A stretch of DNA of 64,000 bases, from contig JACRHJ010000061.1 of assembly GCA_016212105.1 (NCBI GenBank), positions 1,640-65,639 of the forward strand, written 5' to 3'. The DNA comes from Nitrospirota bacterium (GTDB taxonomy: Bacteria; Nitrospirota; JACRHJ01). Position 1 is the first letter of the stretch, and each line of letters opens with the position of its first letter. A program made the translations under genes and the position numbers. The notes beneath the pieces were generated by a model. That model was not told the origin of the DNA and did no database searches. It saw only the letters and a list, made by a program, of their open reading frames with translations. Below, piece after piece: positions 1 through 9,375 of this stretch.

Positions 1-969
1 GTCGATGGTAATGTTCCTGAACGGGTTTGCGTACTCGACCTGGCCGCCGACCTGGTCGGAGAAGATGTCGGCGAAGCCCTTGACCATCGAGCCGCCGCCG
101 GAGAGGATGACGCGGTCCACGTTCTCGATGCCGGTCGTCGCCCTGAAGAAGTCGAACGAGCGGCCCGCCTCGGCGACGATGTCCTCGGAGACAGCGCGGA
201 TGACGTCATGCGCTTTGTCCGCCCCGATGCCGCCGGCGGACTCGCCGCGCTTCAGGGCCTCGGCGTCCTCGTGGCTCACTCCGAACTCCTTCTGGAGCGC
301 CTCGGTGAAGTGGTTGCCGCCGACCGAGCTGTCCCTGGTAAAGACCGAAAGCCCGTCTCGCATGATATTAATGTTCATGACGGCCGCGCCAACGTTCACA
401 AGAGCGTCTACCCTGCCCGCCTCCAGCTCGTAGTTGACCTCGAACATGTTCTCGAGCGCGAAGGCGTCCACGTCCATTATGACCGGGTTCAGGCCCGCCT
501 CCGTGACGAGCGCGATGTAGTCGTTAATCTTGTCCTTCTTCGCGGCGACAAGTACGACGTCCATCGTGTTCGCGCCTTCCTTCTGGGTCGGCCCCAGTAT
601 CTGGAAGTCGAGGTTGACGTCGTCTATGGCGAACGGGATGTACTGTTCCGCCTCCCAGCTTATGGACTCGGCGAGCTCGTCCTCGCTCATCTCGGGGAGC
701 GATATGCGCTTTATGATGACCGAGTGTCCCGAAACGCTGATGGCGACATCCTTCGCCTTTAGTTGGAGCTCCTCCATCAGGCCGGTGATGGCGCCCGCGA
801 CCTGCGCCTGGTCCATGATCGTGCCGTCGACGATGACCTCCGGGTTGAGCTCCCTGACCCCGTACTTGGTCAGGACAAGCTCCTTGCCCTTGTCAACCAC
901 CTGGGCCACCTTGACCGTGTGGGAGCCGATATCCAAGCCTATTATCTGGGTCTTTCTGCCAAACAACAC
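1..969 (-). CDS. pilM: Type IV pilus assembly protein PilM (3' end outside window)
   Basis: Not in the ORF track because it is open at the edge. Manual translation from GTG at 969 gives MLFGRKTQIIGLDIGSHTVKVAQ...VAISVSGHSVIIKRISLP...EAEQYIPF...DVDAFALEN...ILSGGGS, the actin-like PilM motifs. Confidence 0.93.
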   Translation of the reverse strand, partial: MLFGRKTQIIGLDIGSHTVKVAQVVDKGKELVLTKYGVRELNPEVIVDGTIMDQAQVAGAITGLMEELQLKAKDVAISVSGHSVIIKRISLPEMSEDELAESISWEAEQYIPFAIDDVNLDFQILGPTQKEGANTMDVVLVAAKKDKINDYIALVTEAGLNPVIMDVDAFALENMFEVNYELEAGRVDALVNVGAAVMNINIMRDGLSVFTRDSSVGGNHFTEALQKEFGVSHEDAEALKRGESAGGIGADKAHDVIRAVSEDIVAEAGRSFDFFRATTGIENVDRVILSGGGSMVKGFADIFSDQVGGQVEYANPFRNITID

Positions 970-1031
970 TTCGGTTCACCTCTGGGTTAAGATCTGCGTG
1001 CCTTCGTTGGGGCCGGTGACGAGTCCGCCGG

Positions 1032-1232
1032 CTACTTCCTGCCCTTGCTGATGATACGCTCGATTTCCTCGAGGTTCTTCTGGTGGTAGACCCGCCAGCC
1101 CCTCCAGTCGCGCTCCACGCCGGTTATAAGGCCCTCGGTCTCCCAGCGGAAGAGGGTGACGCGCGATATGTCGTACAGGCTGCATATGTCCTTGGTCTTG
1201 TACGTCTTGGAGGTCGCGGCTGTCTTTTTCAT
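1032..1232 (-). CDS. Small MerR-type helix-turn-helix protein
   Basis: YKTKDICSLYDISRVTLFRWETEGLI...RDWRGWRVY matches the MerR-like winged HTH pattern; 66 aa with no effector domain; ATG at 1232. Confidence 0.8.
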   Translation of the reverse strand: MKKTAATSKTYKTKDICSLYDISRVTLFRWETEGLITGVERDWRGWRVYHQKNLEEIERIISKGRK

Positions 1233-1298
1233 TTTTAGCACGTTTCGGGCTCTGGTAGTGTTAAATTGGTTTAATGAATTATGCGTCTATGTATACTT

Positions 1299-1325
1299 AG
1301 TATATCAACCATGCGCGGTTGTCAA
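1299..1325 (-). promoter_or_regulatory. Putative sigma70 promoter for HTH-pilM with internal dyad
   Basis: Minus strand TTGACA (1325-1320) and TGa-TATACT extended -10 (1304-1299); spacer only 15 nt; inverted repeat CAACC-N6-GGTTG at 1306-1321. Confidence 0.45.
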
Positions 1326-1511
1326 GTGTTTTTTTTCAATGTTTATAAAGGTTTAAGGGCGGAAAAGCTGGACGAAAACACCACTTGGTGTAGGGGCGGG
1401 GGCGGAATACACAATATGATGGATAATTTCCGCCCGAAAAAAAAACGTGAACCGCATGATATTATTGCAAATAATGAAAAGGGACTAATCTTTGCCCGGC
1501 CGGGCCGGCCG

Positions 1512-2255
1512 TCAGATGGTCTTTTTCTGGGCGAGTTTCTTGGCCGTGACCTTGAGCGCGTCGGGTATCCCCTTGCTCTTGGCGAGGAACCGGAGGTCGC
1601 GCGTCTGTATACGGTTGAGGTGCGTGAGGCTGATGCCGACGGGTGTCTTGGGGTTGTTGACGAGGTTCAGGATTACCTTGTACTCCTTGCACCAGTCGCG
1701 GTTGTTGCCGATGGCGCGGAGTATGTCCTCGTTCACGTTCCTGGACGAGGAGATCATCTCTATCTCCTGTATTGTGATGCGCGGGTTGTCGAGGACCGCC
1801 CCGGAGATGAGCTTGTTGCCTTCCTTGATGAGTATTGCACGGGCGTCCTTGTCGCCCTGACGTGCGAGCTTCGCCTTCTCGCCGATGTCCATCCGCATAA
1901 TGGCGGAGACGAGGCTTATCTTCTTCGCCTGCTGCTCTTTCTGTTCTTTCTCTTCCTTTTCCTTCCTTGCCCTGTTTGCGGCAGCGACGGCCGACTCCTT
2001 GTACTCCTCTGAGCCGTCGTCATCGCCCGCGGGCGGCGCTTCGGCGGCATCACCCGGCGCTCCGGAAACCGCGCCGGCGGCCTCCATCGCCTTCGCAAGG
2101 GTCTCGATGACGGAGGCAGGGACGTCGGGGTCTTCTATCAGTGCGTCCACGACCTCGGACGGTATGGCGGAGACGTCGATGCCCGTCCCGTCAGGGTGTC
2201 CGGCAAGCTCGCTCCTCCAGTGGTAAACCGCGTCGAGCTTTTCTTTCTCGTCCAT
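1512..2255 (-). CDS. Conserved hypothetical helical-repeat protein
   Basis: C-terminal domain IMRMDIGEKAKLARQGDKDARAILIK...NPRIT..EI...LVNNPKTP resembles an uncharacterised family recalled from delta-type bacteria; acidic linker. Confidence 0.75.
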   Translation of the reverse strand: MDEKEKLDAVYHWRSELAGHPDGTGIDVSAIPSEVVDALIEDPDVPASVIETLAKAMEAAGAVSGAPGDAAEAPPAGDDDGSEEYKESAVAAANRARKEKEEKEQKEQQAKKISLVSAIMRMDIGEKAKLARQGDKDARAILIKEGNKLISGAVLDNPRITIQEIEMISSSRNVNEDILRAIGNNRDWCKEYKVILNLVNNPKTPVGISLTHLNRIQTRDLRFLAKSKGIPDALKVTAKKLAQKKTI

Positions 2256-2308
2256 TGAAAAACCTCCGGTTAATACCAAGTCGGTTAGCATTCTGACATA
2301 TTTTGGTT

Positions 2309-2380
2309 GTCATTCCCGCGAAAGCGGGAATCCATTGTGTACATAAAGTCAAAATGGACCCCCGTTTTCACGGGGGTGAC
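2309..2380. repeat. Family A palindrome GTCATTCCCGC-GAAA-GCGGGAATCCA (ATTCCC-N8-GGGAAT core), here as an inverted doublet
   Basis: Other copies start at about 3329, 7081, 21314, 25245, 26832, 34533/34580, 47464, 50582, 55493, 56878, 62003. Confidence 0.92.
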
Positions 2381-2446
2381 AGTCAAGTCACAAGTCAGGG
2401 GTTATATTCCCCTCCCCTCGCGGGAGGGGCCGGGGGAGGGGGATGG

Positions 2447-3190
2447 CTACCGCTTCTTCTCCAGCCGCAGCAGGTACTCTACGTTCCCCTTCGCGCCGGT
2501 TATGGGCGACTCCATGTGCTCCCCGACTATGAGGCCTGTCGAGGCCGCGAACTCCATGACCTCGGTCAGCGCACGGAGCCTTTCGGACTCGTCACGGACG
2601 ATGCCGCCCCTGCCGACCTTTCCCTTACCCACCTCGAACTGCGGCTTTACCAGCGCGACTATAATGCCGCCCGGCCTCAGGACGGAGGCAATCGGCCCGA
2701 GCACAAGCTTGAGCGAAATAAACGATACGTCCACCGTGGCCATGTCCACCGGCCCGTCGAACCAGCCCGGCTCCATGTGCCGGACGTTTACCCGCTCGAT
2801 GACCGTCACGCGCGGGTCGTTCCTGAGCCTCGAGTCTATCAGCCCGTAGCCGACGTCGAGCGCGTATACCCTCGACGCGCCCTCCTGGAGGAGGCAGTCC
2901 GTGAAGCCTCCGGTGGAGGCGCCTACGTCGGCGCATATCAGGCCAGATACATCTAACCCGAACGCGTCCAGCGCGCCTTTCAGCTTCAAACCGCCGCGCG
3001 AGACGTAGGGCATGTCGTCCGCGATGAGCGCGATGGCCGACTCCTCCGAGACCTGGGCGCCCGCCTTGTCCACGCGGACGCCGTCCACCGTGACCTTGCC
3101 GGAGAGTATAAGCCCCTGCGCCCTCTGGCGCGTGTCCGCGAGGCCGCGCCGCAGGATTTCCTTGTCGAGCCGCTCTTTCTGGGTCTTCAA
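2447..3190 (-). CDS. tlyA: TlyA family rRNA methyltransferase
   Basis: S4 domain (ERLDKEILRRGLA), YVSRGGLKL, DVGASTGGFTDCLLQ, DVSFISL, LVKPQFE, SPITGAKGNVEYL; next to dxs. Confidence 0.96.
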   Translation of the reverse strand: MKTQKERLDKEILRRGLADTRQRAQGLILSGKVTVDGVRVDKAGAQVSEESAIALIADDMPYVSRGGLKLKGALDAFGLDVSGLICADVGASTGGFTDCLLQEGASRVYALDVGYGLIDSRLRNDPRVTVIERVNVRHMEPGWFDGPVDMATVDVSFISLKLVLGPIASVLRPGGIIVALVKPQFEVGKGKVGRGGIVRDESERLRALTEVMEFAASTGLIVGEHMESPITGAKGNVEYLLRLEKKR

Positions 3191-3412
3191 ACTATGTGCG
3201 TGCCGGTGCGGTTCATATTCTCAATGGCCGTGTTCGTGAATGATTTTATGCTGGGGCTGCCCGTGTGCCGGCCCTTGTAATGGTTTATGGCTGTCTTTGC
3301 GAGCGAAGCGCGGCAACCTCCTTAAATTGTCATTCCCGCGAAAGCGGGAATCCATTTTTGCATAGAGTCAAAATGGGCCCCCGTTTTCACGGGGGTGACA
3401 AGTCGCGGATTA

Positions 3413-5326
3413 TTACCCCGCCAACGACCTGATGTTTGACGCCTGCGCCGAGGCCGCGCCCTTGTCCATGAACTCGAGCGCGGAGGCCGCGATGCCCTCC
3501 GCGTCCAGGCCGAGCCGCTTCCTTATCTGCGCCTGCGTGCCCTGGAGGACGTACTCGTCCGGGACGCCGAGCCGCCTGACCGGTACGTGCCTCATCCCCG
3601 CGTCGTCCAGCGCCTCGAGCACCGCGCTCCCGAACCCGCCCGCGAGCATGTTCTCCTCGACGGTCATGATGCGTTTGACGTTCCGTGCGAGGCTCAGTAT
3701 AAGCTCCGTGTCCAGAGGCTTGACGAAGCGGGCGTTTACCACCCCGACCGAGTACCCCTTGGCCGCGAGAGTCTCCGCCGCCTTCAGAGACGGCGAAACG
3801 GTGTTGCCGAGCGCGATTATCACGAGGTCGGAGCCGTCGGCCAGAAGCTCCGCCCTGCCTACCGGGACCTCGCTGAACTCCGGGTCGAGCGCGACCCCTT
3901 CGCCCTTGCCGCGCGGGTACCGGAGCGCGACAGGGCAGCCGAGCTTAAAGCCCGTGTAAAGCATGTTCCGCAGCTCGTTTTCGTCCTTGGGGGCCATGAA
4001 GACCAGGTTCGGTATATGCCGCAGGTACGAGACGTCGAAAAGCCCCTGGTGCGTCTCGCCGTCCTCGCCCACTACCCCGGCCCTGTCCATGGCGAAGACC
4101 ACCGGGAGCTTCTGCATGCAGACGTCGTGTACGACCTGGTCGTAGGACCGCTGGAGGAACGTCGAGTATATGGCCGTGACCGGCTTCAGGCCGGAGGCAG
4201 CGAGGCCCGCTGCGAACGTCACGCCGTGCTGCTCGGCTATGCCCACGTCGAAGAACCTGCCAGGTATCTCGCTGGCGAACTTCGACAGGCCCGTCCCCTC
4301 AGGCATCGCGGCGGAAATCGCTATTATGGACTCGTCTGCTTTGGCAAGCTCGACGAGCGCGTCTCCGAAGACGCCGGTGTATGTCACGCCGGACGATTTG
4401 GCGGTGCTGCCCGACTCGACGTCGAACGGAGGCGTCCCGTGGAACGCGGTCGGGTTGTCCTCGGCCGGCTCGTAGCCCATGCCCTTCTTCGTCAGGACGT
4501 GTACCAGCACCGGGCCTTTGCGGCTCCTGACGTCGGTAAGGGTATCGACCAGCATCTCCAGGTCGTGTCCGTCCACCGGGCCGACGTAGTTGAAGCCCAT
4601 CTCCTCGAACAGCATGCCGGGGGCGAACAGGCCCTTGATGGACTCCTCGGCCTTGGACGCGACCTTGAGCGCGCGCTCGCCGAACCTCGGTATCCTCTTC
4701 AGGAAGCTCTCTGTATCGCGCTTGAACTTCTCCGCCCGCTCTCCGGTGATTATCCGGCTGAGGTAGCCGGACAGCGCGCCGACGTTCGTGGATATGGACA
4801 TCTCGTTGTCGTTCAGGATTACGACGAGGTCTTTTTTGAGGTGGCCAGCCTGGTTCAAACCCTCGAAGGCGAGCCCTGCGGTCATCGAGCCGTCGCCGAT
4901 GATGGCCGCGACCCTGTAGTCCTCGCCCTTGACGTCCCTAGCGACCGCCATGCCGACCGCGGCCGAGATGGACGTGCTTGAGTGCCCGACGTCGAACGTG
5001 TCGTATTCGCTCTCGGAGCGCTTGGGGAAGCCCGATAGCCCGTCCTGCTGGCGCAGTGTGCGGAACCGGTCGCGCCTGCCCGTGAGCAGCTTGTGCGCGT
5101 ACGCCTGGTGTCCGACGTCCCAGACGAGCTTGTCCTTGGGCGTGTCGTATACGTGGTGGAGCGCAAGGGTCAGCTCGACCACGCCGAGGCTGGACGCGAG
5201 GTGCCCACCGTTCGCGGAGACGACCGCTATGATGTCCTCGCGAATGTCAGCCGCGAGTTCCGCGAGCTGTTCCACGCTCAGGCCTTTGAGGTCGGCCGGG
5301 GATTTGATTCTGTCGAGCAGGGCCAT
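3413..5326 (-). CDS. dxs: 1-deoxy-D-xylulose-5-phosphate synthase
   Basis: [36 protein letters not shown] motif, [15 protein letters not shown]; xseB-ispA-dxs-tlyA order. Confidence 0.98.
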   Translation of the reverse strand: MALLDRIKSPADLKGLSVEQLAELAADIREDIIAVVSANGGHLASSLGVVELTLALHHVYDTPKDKLVWDVGHQAYAHKLLTGRRDRFRTLRQQDGLSGFPKRSESEYDTFDVGHSSTSISAAVGMAVARDVKGEDYRVAAIIGDGSMTAGLAFEGLNQAGHLKKDLVVILNDNEMSISTNVGALSGYLSRIITGERAEKFKRDTESFLKRIPRFGERALKVASKAEESIKGLFAPGMLFEEMGFNYVGPVDGHDLEMLVDTLTDVRSRKGPVLVHVLTKKGMGYEPAEDNPTAFHGTPPFDVESGSTAKSSGVTYTGVFGDALVELAKADESIIAISAAMPEGTGLSKFASEIPGRFFDVGIAEQHGVTFAAGLAASGLKPVTAIYSTFLQRSYDQVVHDVCMQKLPVVFAMDRAGVVGEDGETHQGLFDVSYLRHIPNLVFMAPKDENELRNMLYTGFKLGCPVALRYPRGKGEGVALDPEFSEVPVGRAELLADGSDLVIIALGNTVSPSLKAAETLAAKGYSVGVVNARFVKPLDTELILSLARNVKRIMTVEENMLAGGFGSAVLEALDDAGMRHVPVRRLGVPDEYVLQGTQAQIRKRLGLDAEGIAASALEFMDKGAASAQASNIRSLAG

Positions 5327-5391
5327 GCTGCCTCCGTTGCTTGCCAACTATAATACCTTGCGCGATAATTTGTAATAAGCGAACTGTTTTA

Positions 5392-5548
5392 TGCAGGGGC
5401 GGGCCTCTGTGCCCGCCCTCTTGCTTTAAGGTAGGGGCCGTACCAAACGAAGCGCGTGTCGGCCCTTCATAGATGTTTTTATGTAGGGGCACCCCCCTGT
5501 GGGTGCCCTGCCTTTAAAACCAGGGCAGGCACGGGGCCCTGCCCCTAC
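5392..5548. repeat. Cluster of family D GTAG/GCAG-REP-like palindromes (GTAGGGGC + hairpin)
   Basis: Four units here; about 30 more, e.g. 7040, 11059, 11089, 11152, 18541, 20674, 21388, 25377, 30632, 31843, 31911, 34492, 35705, 47240, 50471-50571, 51988, 58183, 59354, 63806-63909. Confidence 0.92.
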
Positions 5549-5629
5549 ATGAAATCCTTCAATCCTTCACGAAAGTCCGTCGGACTTATTCTTGCCAGCC
5601 CCTAGCCCCTCGTCCCTAGCCCCTGCTCT

Positions 5630-6538
5630 TCAGCTCCTCCTCGACACGATATACCGCGCGATCTCCCGGAGCGGGTCCGCGGACGGGCCGAAAGTGGAAA
5701 GCGCCTCGACCGCAGAGTCCGCGAGTTCCCTCGCCCTGCGTTTCGACTCTTCAAGCCCGACGAACGCGGGGTAGGTCTTCTTGCCGCGCGCGACGTCCGA
5801 GCCAACGTCCTTGCCAATCTCTGCCTGGTCGCCCTCAATGTCAAGTATATCATCCGCGACCTGAAACGCCAGGCCGACGTCCATGCCATAGCGCGTCAAT
5901 GCCGCAAGCTGGGCGGCGTCCGCCCCGGCCGCGAACGCGCCGACCCGCACGGAGGCGCGTATCAGCGCCCCGGTCTTGTGGACATGTATATACTCCAGCG
6001 TGGCGAAGTCTACCTGCTTGTCCTCACCCTCGGACTCGATGTCCACCGCCTGGCCGCCTACCATGCCGTGGCTGCCGGAGCCTACCGCGACCTCGCGTAT
6101 GATGCTCACGAGCGCGCGCGGCTCCGTCCCGCCTGTGTGCGCGGGGTCGGTAAGGAGTTCGAATGCGTGGGTCAGGAGGGCGTCGCCCGCAAGTATGGCC
6201 ATCGCCTCGCCCCATACCTTGTGGTTGGTAGGCTTCCCGCGCCGGAGGTCGTCGTCGTCCATCGCGGGCAGGTCGTCGTGTATAAGTGAGTACGTGTGTA
6301 TAAGCTCCAGCGACGAGGCCGCCGCGAGGAGTCCCGGCACGCCGGACGCGTCGCCGCCCTTGACCGCCTCGGCCGCCGCGAGTGCGAGCACCGGCCGGAC
6401 GCGTTTTCCGCCCGCTTCGAGCGAGTACCGCATCGAGCCGTGCAGGGATGCCGGGTATTTGTCCGCCGCCGGGGTTGCCGAGTACAGGAAGCCGTCTACC
6501 AGGTCGCGCTTTGCTTTTAGATATTGTTTCAGGTCCAT
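5630..6538 (-). CDS. ispA: Farnesyl diphosphate synthase / geranyltranstransferase
   Basis: GGKRVRP, LIHDDLPAMDDDDLRRGKPTNH, GGQAVD, KTGAL, FQVADDILD; alternative TTG start at 6547. Confidence 0.96.
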   Translation of the reverse strand: MDLKQYLKAKRDLVDGFLYSATPAADKYPASLHGSMRYSLEAGGKRVRPVLALAAAEAVKGGDASGVPGLLAAASSLELIHTYSLIHDDLPAMDDDDLRRGKPTNHKVWGEAMAILAGDALLTHAFELLTDPAHTGGTEPRALVSIIREVAVGSGSHGMVGGQAVDIESEGEDKQVDFATLEYIHVHKTGALIRASVRVGAFAAGADAAQLAALTRYGMDVGLAFQVADDILDIEGDQAEIGKDVGSDVARGKKTYPAFVGLEESKRRARELADSAVEALSTFGPSADPLREIARYIVSRRS

Positions 6539-6741
6539 ATCCGGCAAACCTACCCTTCCCTCTTATCCCCTCCCTGAGCAGGGAGGGGAAGATTCGAGTA
6601 AGAATTATATAACTGCTTCAACCAATCTCCCCTCGCCCCGCAGTGGGAGAGGGGCCGGGGGTGAGGGCTATATCAAATATGGCTTCAACCAATCTCCCGC
6701 CCCCTGCACAGGGGGAGGGCTGGGGTGGGGGTAGGTACTGC

Positions 6742-6975
6742 TTATTCCTCTTCCCCCTCGTCGAACGGGACTGTGCCGAGCCCGCCGTCCGCGCCGCGTA
6801 CGAGCATCTCGACCTTGCGTTCCGCCGTCTCCAGCGTCTTGTTCAGCGTGCGCGAGAGCTTTATGCCTTCCTCGAAGAGCTTGAGCGAGTCGTCGAGCGG
6901 CAGGTCGCCGGCCTCCATCTTCGCCACTATCTCTTCGAGGCGCTTCATCCCTGCTTCGAATTTCTGTTCGGCCAT
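6742..6975 (-). CDS. xseB: Exodeoxyribonuclease VII small subunit
   Basis: KFEAGMKRLEEIVAKMEAGDLPLDDSLKLFEEGIKL; the longer ORF start is translated repeat DNA. Confidence 0.95.
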   Translation of the reverse strand: MAEQKFEAGMKRLEEIVAKMEAGDLPLDDSLKLFEEGIKLSRTLNKTLETAERKVEMLVRGADGGLGTVPFDEGEEE

Positions 6976-7306
6976 GTCCTGCCTTCTAAATCCCCTCTCC
7001 TCGCGGGAGAGGGGTTGGGGTGAGGGGGTTCCTTTAGATGTAGGGTGGGCTATGCCCACCGTTCCTTATGTCTTTTGTCCGTCATTCCCGCCCCGGCTTG
7101 AGGCTTGCCGGGGTAAACTCCGGCGGGAATCCAGGAAGTTCGGTTTGTGTTGTAAATTTAGATACAGGCGGATTCTTCGCTCCGCTCAGAATGACACCCA
7201 AATACAGCAATGACACCCATAAACCCGAATGCAGGGCAGACACGACATCCGGTCCCCGCAATATTGTGTAAATTCCTATTATACAACAGCCCCCGCCCCG
7301 GTCAAG

Positions 7307-8377
7307 CTATTTCTGGCCGTCATGCGGACAGGCGACGCCCGCCGCCTCCGCGCGGAGCTGGCCGCAGGCGGCGAGGATGTCCGAGCCCCGGCTGTCCCTT
7401 ATGAACGCGGCATATCCCATATCCGCGAGGGTGTCCTTGAAGTCGTTTACCGCGTCGTGGCTGGGCCTCCTGTACTTCGAGCCGGCGTGCTCGTTGAAGG
7501 GTATCAGGTTTACCTTGCACTTGAGGCCGCGCAGGAGCTTCCCCAGGGCGCGCGCGTCCGCGAGCGAGTCGTTGACGCCCGCGAGCATGACGTACTCGAT
7601 CGTAATGCGCCGCCTCGGGGCGAGCGGGAACTCCCGGAGCGCGGTCATAAGCTTCGCTATGGGGTATTTGCGGTTGATGGGCATGACCTCGTCCCGGACG
7701 GCGTCGTTGGACGCGTTGAGCGAGACGGCGAGGCCTATGCCCAGACCGCTGTCGCCGAGCGCCTTGATGCCCGGCACGACGCCCGCCGTGCTGAGCGTTA
7801 TCCGCCGGGTGGAGATGGAGAACATCTTGGGGTCGGTCAGGCGGCGAAGCGCCTCGAAGACGTTGTCGCGGTTCAGGAGCGGCTCGCCGGTGCCCATCAT
7901 GACGATGTTCGTTATGACGTCCGGCGCGGCGAGCGCCCTGGCCATGAAGACCTGCCCGGTTATCTCGTGCGGGAGCAGGTCCCTCTGGAAGCCGCCCGCG
8001 CCGGTCAGGCAGAACCGGCAGCCGAGCGCGCAGCCCGCCTGGGACGATATGCAGAGCGTCGTCCTGTCCTCGCCGGGTATAAGCACGGACTCGACGCGTT
8101 CTCCGTCCTCCATGCCGAACAGGTATTTTTCGGTGCCATCGGTGGATGTCAGCCTGTCCAGAAGCACTGGCGGCTTTATCTCCGCCGCGCCCGCGAGCAT
8201 CTCCCGGTCGGCCTTCGAGAGGTTGGTCATGCCCTCGAAGGACGTCATCCCCTCGGCGTATATCCAGCGCGCGACCTGGTCGGCGCGGAAGGCCTTCATG
8301 CCGAGCCCGGCGAGGTAATTCTTCAGCCCGTCGCGTCCGAGCGCAAGGAGGTTTGTCTTTTTCGGTTCCGTTATCAT
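7307..8377 (-). CDS. rlmN: Dual-specificity RNA methyltransferase RlmN (radical SAM)
   Basis: CISSQAGCALGCRFC, MGTGEP, IEYVML, VNLIPFN, RGSDILAACGQL. Confidence 0.97.
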   Translation of the reverse strand: MITEPKKTNLLALGRDGLKNYLAGLGMKAFRADQVARWIYAEGMTSFEGMTNLSKADREMLAGAAEIKPPVLLDRLTSTDGTEKYLFGMEDGERVESVLIPGEDRTTLCISSQAGCALGCRFCLTGAGGFQRDLLPHEITGQVFMARALAAPDVITNIVMMGTGEPLLNRDNVFEALRRLTDPKMFSISTRRITLSTAGVVPGIKALGDSGLGIGLAVSLNASNDAVRDEVMPINRKYPIAKLMTALREFPLAPRRRITIEYVMLAGVNDSLADARALGKLLRGLKCKVNLIPFNEHAGSKYRRPSHDAVNDFKDTLADMGYAAFIRDSRGSDILAACGQLRAEAAGVACPHDGQK

Positions 8378-8490
8378 TAAATGTGCCCGTCGTTTTATAT
8401 ATCGTACAGAGCGCCTATTATGCTATAATTTCAGATAATTTAAAAGCCCTTTTCGGTATGTGGCGCATGAGACGCGCCGGACGGACGTGG

Positions 8491-9372
8491 ATGAACAAGC
8501 CTGAGAACGCACTGCTGTACCTCCTCGTATTCACATCGCTGCTGCTGCACATCGTGGCGGTGCTCGTGATACGGACGGAGACGATCGAAAAGAAAAAGGA
8601 GAAGGAGCCTATAGTCGTCGACATAATGGGCCCGCTCAAGGCAGGGCCTGCGACAGTGCTCCCGGCCCCGAATCCGAACGCGCTCCCGCTGCCCGAGCCT
8701 CCGGAGCCGAGGCAGCAGCAGAGGGTCGCGAAGGCCGCGCCCCAAAGGCAGCGAATGACGCCGCCATTGAGGCCTTCAGTCCCGTCGATACCGATACCGG
8801 CCAGCCAGCCGCCTTCCATGCCCCGGGCGGGCCTGCCGCGGACCGGCGGCGATGGCGTGCCCGCGCCGTCGCCACCTGCATCGTCCGAGGTACGGAGCGC
8901 CCCGTCCCGGCCGTCGCCTCCCTCGGGATGGTCGCCCGGAAGCGCGCCGGAAAGGCCGGGCAAGCTCAAGAGGCCGAGCTTCGAGGACCTGGAACGGTAC
9001 GCGAACGTGGATAAAGAGGTACAGAGGCCGAAGGACGACCAGAGCATAACGCTCGACACCGACGACCTGATGTACGCCTCCTATATGCAGGGGATGAAGA
9101 AGCGCATCGAGCTGATATGGAAGTACCCGGAGACCGCGCGGCAGGACGGGCTCCAGGGGAGCCTGGTCATGAGGTTCACGATTGCGAAGTCCGGCAGGGT
9201 CGGAGACATCGACATACTCAAGTCGTCCGGCTACCCGCTGCTGGACGACGCGGCGAAACAGGCGCTCATCGACGCGAGCCCGTTCAACCCCCTTCCGGAC
9301 AGCTGGAAGAAGGAAAGCTTCACCATCACCGGCACGTTTGTCTACAGGCTCTACGGCATGTACGTGAGGTAG
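8491..9372 (+). CDS. tonB: TonB family energy transducer
   Basis: N-terminal TM with SLLLH, Pro-rich linker, C-terminal WKYPETARQDGLQGSLVMRFTIAKSG...SSGYPLLDDAA TonB_C domain. Confidence 0.88.
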   Translation: MNKPENALLYLLVFTSLLLHIVAVLVIRTETIEKKKEKEPIVVDIMGPLKAGPATVLPAPNPNALPLPEPPEPRQQQRVAKAAPQRQRMTPPLRPSVPSIPIPASQPPSMPRAGLPRTGGDGVPAPSPPASSEVRSAPSRPSPPSGWSPGSAPERPGKLKRPSFEDLERYANVDKEVQRPKDDQSITLDTDDLMYASYMQGMKKRIELIWKYPETARQDGLQGSLVMRFTIAKSGRVGDIDILKSSGYPLLDDAAKQALIDASPFNPLPDSWKKESFTITGTFVYRLYGMYVR

Positions 9373-9375
9373 CCC

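Noticed and set aside
6976-7059. N-terminal extensions on xseB, hemC, the PanE-like gene, the 39555 MNT and the 58344 ORF
   Set aside because: They are translations of intergenic repeats (e.g. PSPQPLSREERG, LKAGAGMT); downstream starts fit family length better.
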